Shown here: positions 26,992-32,187 of the stretch, piece after piece
Layout of the letters: every line of letters starts with the position of its first letter
Position numbering within the stretch: position 1 is the stretch's first letter
Assembly: GCA_943359415.1 (NCBI GenBank)
Contig: CALRHQ010000003.1
Coordinates: forward strand, 1 to 32,187
From: Candidatus Peribacteria bacterium
GTDB taxonomy: Bacteria > Patescibacteriota > Gracilibacteria > UBA1369 > LOWO2-01-FULL-3
DNA length: 32,187 nt
Direction: 5' to 3'
Translations under genes and position numbers: made by a program
The notes under the pieces: generated by a model
Seen by the model: only the letters and a program-made list of their open reading frames with translations
Databases searched by the model: none
Told to the model about the DNA's origin: nothing

Positions 26992-27020
26992 AAATTGCTT
27001 AATATTTTTATTTGAAAAAT

Positions 27021-28181
27021 ATGTCTGAAGTTGGAAGACAAGTTGATGACAGATTGGCCAAAAAAATTCATCATGATGGTGGGAAAAACGGTCTTTTAAG
27101 AGGGTTTAAGTATATGGCTGCTTTGCGTGATCATGTTGTGCCTTCTTTTATTTTTCGTGAAGGACTTGATGCTATTACACCAAATATTAGAGAAATGATC
27201 GCTGCTCGTTGCGCAAATTTTGGAAGTGGTGAAAAGGTAATTGCTAGGTCAAGTTGTGAAGCTGATTTTCGTAGGTTTGTTGATGTTATGCCTACTATTC
27301 ATGGAAATCTTGGTGATTTGGATCGTATTATTCGTGAAATCAGGGCAAAATGTGCTGATCCTGAGCTTTTGGCTTATGCGGCAAGGGAAGGGATTGCATA
27401 TGATCCAAAAGATGTGACGATCAGTGTTGCTCCGTATCTTGAAGGGCATAGAGGTCTTGTTTCTGAGCATCCTAATCTTGAAAAAGTTAGGCTTGTTGAT
27501 ATTGTGTGTAATGATAATGACTCTTCCGGAAATGCACATTCTGATAAGGCTTCACATTTTTCTTTTGATTTTCTTGAGAATGAACATTTGTCGGTTTATG
27601 GGAACTGTGGTATGCATCTTGAAGAGGATGCTCGTCGTGGTATTATGCTTAGAAATCTTGTTAGAGACTCAGGCCTGTTTTCTGATGATATTGCTTTGCA
27701 GATTGAGTATGTGGTTGGTAGGCAGCAAGCTTTTATAACACAGGTTAAATTTTTTGCGGATGTGAAGGAAACTGGTTGTTCTACTGCTGAAATGAGAAAA
27801 GCATTTGAACAAGAAAATAGTAGAGGTTTTAGAACTTTTGGTATTACTCCTGAAGATGGACTTGTTCTTCCTTGTGTAAATGCCAAGAGAAGAAATGCTT
27901 TTAGAAATTTTGAATCGAGACGTCCCGGTGTTCCATATGCAGGTTATCTTGACTTAGATGGTTTAACTCCACAGTTAACATTGAGAGATAGTTTTCCTTT
28001 TATGATGGCGTATTTTGCAGATAAGCCACCTATGTCTCATAATAATTTTAGACCTGTTCAGGATGTATTAAGAAACGGAGGTGTGGCATTTTTGAACTCT
28101 CCTTACTCTGTGAACTGCGAAGGCGCTGAAGCCGTAAAAGTCTTTTCTGACGGACTGCATTCTTCGATTGAAGCGCTGTAG
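27021..28181 (+). CDS. Divergent PEP-synthase/pyruvate-phosphate-dikinase-like protein (ATP-grasp plus phospho-His swivel domain)
   Basis: Collinear motifs GGKNGLL, VVPSF, VIARSS, LQIEYVV, FITQVK, MSHNNFR...GVAFL...VKVFSDG. ATG 27021 is preferred over TTG 27012. Confidence 0.55.
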   Translation: MSEVGRQVDDRLAKKIHHDGGKNGLLRGFKYMAALRDHVVPSFIFREGLDAITPNIREMIAARCANFGSGEKVIARSSCEADFRRFVDVMPTIHGNLGDLDRIIREIRAKCADPELLAYAAREGIAYDPKDVTISVAPYLEGHRGLVSEHPNLEKVRLVDIVCNDNDSSGNAHSDKASHFSFDFLENEHLSVYGNCGMHLEEDARRGIMLRNLVRDSGLFSDDIALQIEYVVGRQQAFITQVKFFADVKETGCSTAEMRKAFEQENSRGFRTFGITPEDGLVLPCVNAKRRNAFRNFESRRPGVPYAGYLDLDGLTPQLTLRDSFPFMMAYFADKPPMSHNNFRPVQDVLRNGGVAFLNSPYSVNCEGAEAVKVFSDGLHSSIEAL

Positions 28182-28184
28182 TTT

Positions 28185-29129
28185 TTAACTTCTTTTCTTG
28201 GAAAGTTTTCGCATTTTTTCTTTGAATTTCTTTACGATTTCTTCAATCTTTTCTTTTCTTGTTTTATCTGATTTTTCGTATTTTTTTGGCCTTGAGTTGT
28301 CGTTGTTTTTGCTTTGTTTTTTTTCTTTCTGTGTTGGTTCTGTGATTATTGGATTAACTGTCGGTTCCTGTACAGGAGTTACCGGTGTAGTGGTTGGTAC
28401 TGAAGTAGGAGTGAATTTAAAGCTTTTTATTATGATTTCTTGATCTGTGCCTGTGGCTGGTGCATTTCCTTTTACCATCCAGAAATTCATATCTACTCTT
28501 TCTGCACCCGGAACGAAATTGTCCGAACCTGTATAGTTTCGTTCTCCAATCTTTTGGCCATTTTGCCATGTGCTGAAAAGGATATAGTCCTTGGTCCATT
28601 CGATTTTGTGAGTTGATGTCCCATCTGTGAGAACAAGCGGATATGATTGTGTGTTTCCTGTGGTTGTGTATGGCTGAACTGTGTAATTTAATACATTTTT
28701 TTCTGACGGGACACCCCATTGGCTGAATTCTATGTCGATTTCATGTGTATCATCTTGGTACATGAATAAGCCCAAAACCAAGTTTGTGTCGATTTTGTCT
28801 ACGCGTGTTGGAGTTTCCCATTCATAAGTTCCATAACCTAGAGAATTTGGTAAATATACTTCTGATGAATACCATTGATCTGCAATTTTCGAAACTTTTA
28901 GGTGAAGCTGATTTGTGTCGTCCAGGAAAACGCTTGATGAACTGTCATCCCAATTGTTTGGACCAGGTCCGTTAAATCCTGATTTCACCGTCCATGTGTA
29001 TCCTGAAAAATCTATTGTTCTTGTTTCTGCCGCGAATGTCGGAGCGCTTAAAGAGGAGAATATTAATGTTGAAATTGCCAGTATTGATGTGATTTTTGAG
29101 ATCTTTGTTTTGAATGGATTTGTTCTCAT
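28185..29129 (-). CDS. Secreted glycoside hydrolase family 16
   Basis: Signal peptide (TFA-A), LGYGTYE, catalytic HEIDIEF (ExDxE) motif, Pro/Thr linker and Lys-rich C-terminal tail. Confidence 0.88.
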   Translation of the reverse strand: MRTNPFKTKISKITSILAISTLIFSSLSAPTFAAETRTIDFSGYTWTVKSGFNGPGPNNWDDSSSSVFLDDTNQLHLKVSKIADQWYSSEVYLPNSLGYGTYEWETPTRVDKIDTNLVLGLFMYQDDTHEIDIEFSQWGVPSEKNVLNYTVQPYTTTGNTQSYPLVLTDGTSTHKIEWTKDYILFSTWQNGQKIGERNYTGSDNFVPGAERVDMNFWMVKGNAPATGTDQEIIIKSFKFTPTSVPTTTPVTPVQEPTVNPIITEPTQKEKKQSKNNDNSRPKKYEKSDKTRKEKIEEIVKKFKEKMRKLSKKRS

Positions 29130-29343
29130 TTTTTTATTTTAAAAGTATATATATTGAGTGGTTATTCTATAGTATTTTTTTTCTATTTCAACTCTTTTAG
29201 TGTGATTTTCCTTGATGGAGAGCTGTTTTATTGTTTGGCTTGACATGTGCACTTTGATTATTGAAAAAGCTTCTAAGAGGTCTTGATTTTTGTATAAATA
29301 CCTTTATATTGTTTATCACTTTACAAAACTATTATATATTTAA

Positions 29344-29571
<228 letters not shown>

Positions 29572-29589
29572 AAAATAATCCAAAATTAG

Positions 29590-30090
29590 ATGGAGCTTAT
29601 TTCAAAGCTGGGTATTGATGTTAAACTCATTCTTGCCCAAATCGTCAATTTCGTAATTATACTTATTGTACTGAGAAAGTTTGCGTACGGGCCTATTCTT
29701 GATCTTCTTGATAAAAGGAAGAAAATGATCGAGAAGAATGTGGATGACACGAAGAAGATAGAAGAGAGAATGGTGAAAATGGAAGAAGAGAAAAAGCAGG
29801 TGGTTGCTGATGCCGGAAAAAAGGCAATGGAAATCATCGAAAAAGCGAAGGCTGAGGCGCAAATCGAAAGGGAGCAGTCTACTGCAAATGCTAAGAAAGA
29901 AATTTCTGCATTGGCGGAAAGATATAGAGCTCAACTTAAAGCTGAAGAGGCAAAGATGCTTAAAGATGTTAAGGAAGAAGTATCTACTCTTATCGTGGCG
30001 GTTTGTGAAAAAATCTTGAAGAAAGATTTTGGCAAGGCTGACCAAAAAAGGCTTGAAGACGCAATAAGAAAAGAAATTGTATCATCATGA
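29590..30090 (+). CDS. atpF: F0 ATP synthase subunit b
   Basis: LGID...AQIVNFVIIL...YGPI...R followed by a long charged coiled coil. Confidence 0.96.
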   Translation: MELISKLGIDVKLILAQIVNFVIILIVLRKFAYGPILDLLDKRKKMIEKNVDDTKKIEERMVKMEEEKKQVVADAGKKAMEIIEKAKAEAQIEREQSTANAKKEISALAERYRAQLKAEEAKMLKDVKEEVSTLIVAVCEKILKKDFGKADQKRLEDAIRKEIVSS

Positions 30091-30491
30091 AAATATCACT
30101 TAAAAAATACGCACAAGCGCTTGCTGACTCGCTGCATGGCGAGAAAGATAGTGCTGTGATAGAAGAAAGAATCCAAAATCTTTTGAAAATTCTTGTTAAA
30201 AGAAAACAGAGTAAGCTTATTAAGCAGTTTACTCCTGCTTTTTTTAGCGAGTGGATGAGAAAAAATGGAAAAGTTTTCTGTAAAGTCACTGTTCCTTATG
30301 AGCTTAACGAAGCGGAAACTAAAGATTTGGAAAAACTTTTAAGTGATTCTCTTAATAGAAAAGCCAGTATTGAAGTAAATGTGGATGCGAATATTATTGG
30401 TGGAATGAAAATAGAGTTCGAAGACTATATTATCGACGGTACGGTCATTACAAGTTTAAAAACACTAAAATCACAAATTGTTAATGCTTAA
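30087..30491 (+). CDS. atpH: F1 ATP synthase subunit delta (short form)
   Basis: KKYAQAL and VDANIIGGMKIEFEDYIIDGTV. ATGA overlap with atpF. Confidence 0.92.
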   Translation: MKISLKKYAQALADSLHGEKDSAVIEERIQNLLKILVKRKQSKLIKQFTPAFFSEWMRKNGKVFCKVTVPYELNEAETKDLEKLLSDSLNRKASIEVNVDANIIGGMKIEFEDYIIDGTVITSLKTLKSQIVNA

Positions 30492-30503
30492 ACACAATTA
30501 ATT

Positions 30504-32009
30504 ATGGAAGTTAAAGATCAAATTTTATCCTCGCTTAAAGAACAAATTGAAAAATTTCATTCTTCTGCGAAAGTTGAAAAAGTCGGATATGTTGTTGAGA
30601 TTGGAGACGGAATTGCACGTATTTCCGGGCTTTCTGATGCAAAATCTCAAGAAATGTTGCAGTTTGCAAACGGACAAGTGGGAGTTGCCTTGAATCTTGA
30701 AGAAGACTCTGTTGGTGTGATTATTCTTGGAGAGGATGAAGGAATTAAAGAAGGAGATGAGGTGCGTACTACAGGAAAGATTTTGTCTGTACCTGTTGGG
30801 GAAGCTTTGATTGGACGTGTTGTTGATTCGCTTGGAATGCCACAAGATGGAAAAGGAGATATTAAAACTGATAAATTTTATCCTATTGAAAAAGTTGCGC
30901 CTCGTGTTATCAAAAGAAAATCTGTTGATGTTCCTTTGCAAACAGGAATCAAAGCGATTGATTCAATGATTCCGGTTGGAAGAGGACAACGTGAGCTTAT
31001 CATCGGAGATCGTCAGACAGGGAAAACTGCGATTGCTATTGATGCGATCATCAATCAAAAAGGACAAGATGTGATTTGTGTTTACGTAGCTGTTGGACAA
31101 AAAGATTCAAAAGTTGCGAAGATTGTTGCTGAGCTTGAAAAGAATGGAGCGATGGAATATACGATTGTCGTAAGGACTTCTTCTTCTGATCCTGCTGCGA
31201 TTACTTACTTGGCTCCGTTTGCCGGATGTGCGATGGCTGAATATTTCTTGGATAAAGGACAAGATGTTCTTATCGTTTATGATGATCTTTCAAAACACGC
31301 ATGGGCTTACCGTGAAATTTCACTTTTGCTTAGAAGACCACCTGGACGTGAAGCATACCCTGGAGATATTTTTTATCTACATTCAAGACTTCTTGAAAGA
31401 GCTTGTCGTCTTGATCCACAATATGGTGGAGGATCTATCACAGCCCTTCCAATCATTGAAACTCAGGCAGGAGATGTGTCTGCGTATATTCCTACAAATG
31501 TAATTTCTATTACTGATGGACAGATTTTCCTTGAGTCAGATCTTTTCTATAAAGGAATAAGACCTGCTCTTAATATCGGTATTTCTGTTTCACGTGTAGG
31601 ATCTGCGGCTCAAATCAAAGCCATGAAGAAAGTTGCAGGAAAACTAAAGCTTGAGCTTGCTCAGTATCGTGAACTTGCTGTTTTTGCTCAATTCGGATCA
31701 GATCTTGATGAATCTACAAGGAGACAATTGAATAAAGGAGATCGTCTGTCTGAAATACTTAAGCAAAAACAATATTCTGCCCTTGCAGTAGAGAAGCAGG
31801 TTGTGATTTTGTACGCCGGAATCAATGACTATCTATCTCATGTTCCTGTCGAAAAAGTAAGAGAATATGAAGAGAAACTTTATAAATATTTTGAAGCGAG
31901 TTATCCTGAAATTTTCAAAAATATCAGAGAGTCGAAAGAAATCTCTGCTGATACAGAGAAAATGTTGAAAGATGCTTTGACTCAGTTCAACGGAGAATAC
32001 ACATTCTAA
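30504..32009 (+). CDS. atpA: F1 ATP synthase subunit alpha
   Basis: [33 protein letters not shown]. Confidence 0.99.
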   Translation: MEVKDQILSSLKEQIEKFHSSAKVEKVGYVVEIGDGIARISGLSDAKSQEMLQFANGQVGVALNLEEDSVGVIILGEDEGIKEGDEVRTTGKILSVPVGEALIGRVVDSLGMPQDGKGDIKTDKFYPIEKVAPRVIKRKSVDVPLQTGIKAIDSMIPVGRGQRELIIGDRQTGKTAIAIDAIINQKGQDVICVYVAVGQKDSKVAKIVAELEKNGAMEYTIVVRTSSSDPAAITYLAPFAGCAMAEYFLDKGQDVLIVYDDLSKHAWAYREISLLLRRPPGREAYPGDIFYLHSRLLERACRLDPQYGGGSITALPIIETQAGDVSAYIPTNVISITDGQIFLESDLFYKGIRPALNIGISVSRVGSAAQIKAMKKVAGKLKLELAQYRELAVFAQFGSDLDESTRRQLNKGDRLSEILKQKQYSALAVEKQVVILYAGINDYLSHVPVEKVREYEEKLYKYFEASYPEIFKNIRESKEISADTEKMLKDALTQFNGEYTF

Positions 32010-32013
32010 TTAA

Positions 32014-32187
<174 letters not shown>

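Overview
An AT-rich, densely packed bacterial chromosome segment, read in genetic code 11. It looks like a Candidate Phyla Radiation/Patescibacteria genome, probably Peregrinibacteria-like. That placement is an inference from the SLH-domain protease, the tandem VirB2-like pilins, the short ATP synthase delta and the lack of Shine-Dalgarno sites. Gene order: 5' part of ftsH, tilS and an RNHCP zinc-finger gene (-); a type IV pilus operon of pilN/pilO-like, pilC and four minor pilins (+); metG (+); an operon of pilT followed by five tandem TrbC/VirB2-like pilins (-); two hypothetical genes, sbp and ftsQ-like (-); folC (+); queE-queC-queF plus an unannotated 44-aa basic ORF (-); a lipoprotein, rpmB, an MgtC/DUF4010 protein, a trypsin-like SLH protease, glnA, an FkbM methyltransferase and a degenerate PEP-synthase/dikinase-like protein (+); a secreted GH16 (-); and atpE-F-H-A-G' (+) with no atpB in front. 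I saw no rRNA, tRNA, CRISPR array or mobile element. Most notable: the pilT plus five VirB2-like pilin operon beside a T4P operon, the compact ATP-grasp/phospho-His protein next to glnA and FkbM, the hidden basic peptide after queF, and repeated leaderless-type promoters. All calls come from motif recognition by eye; no searches were run.
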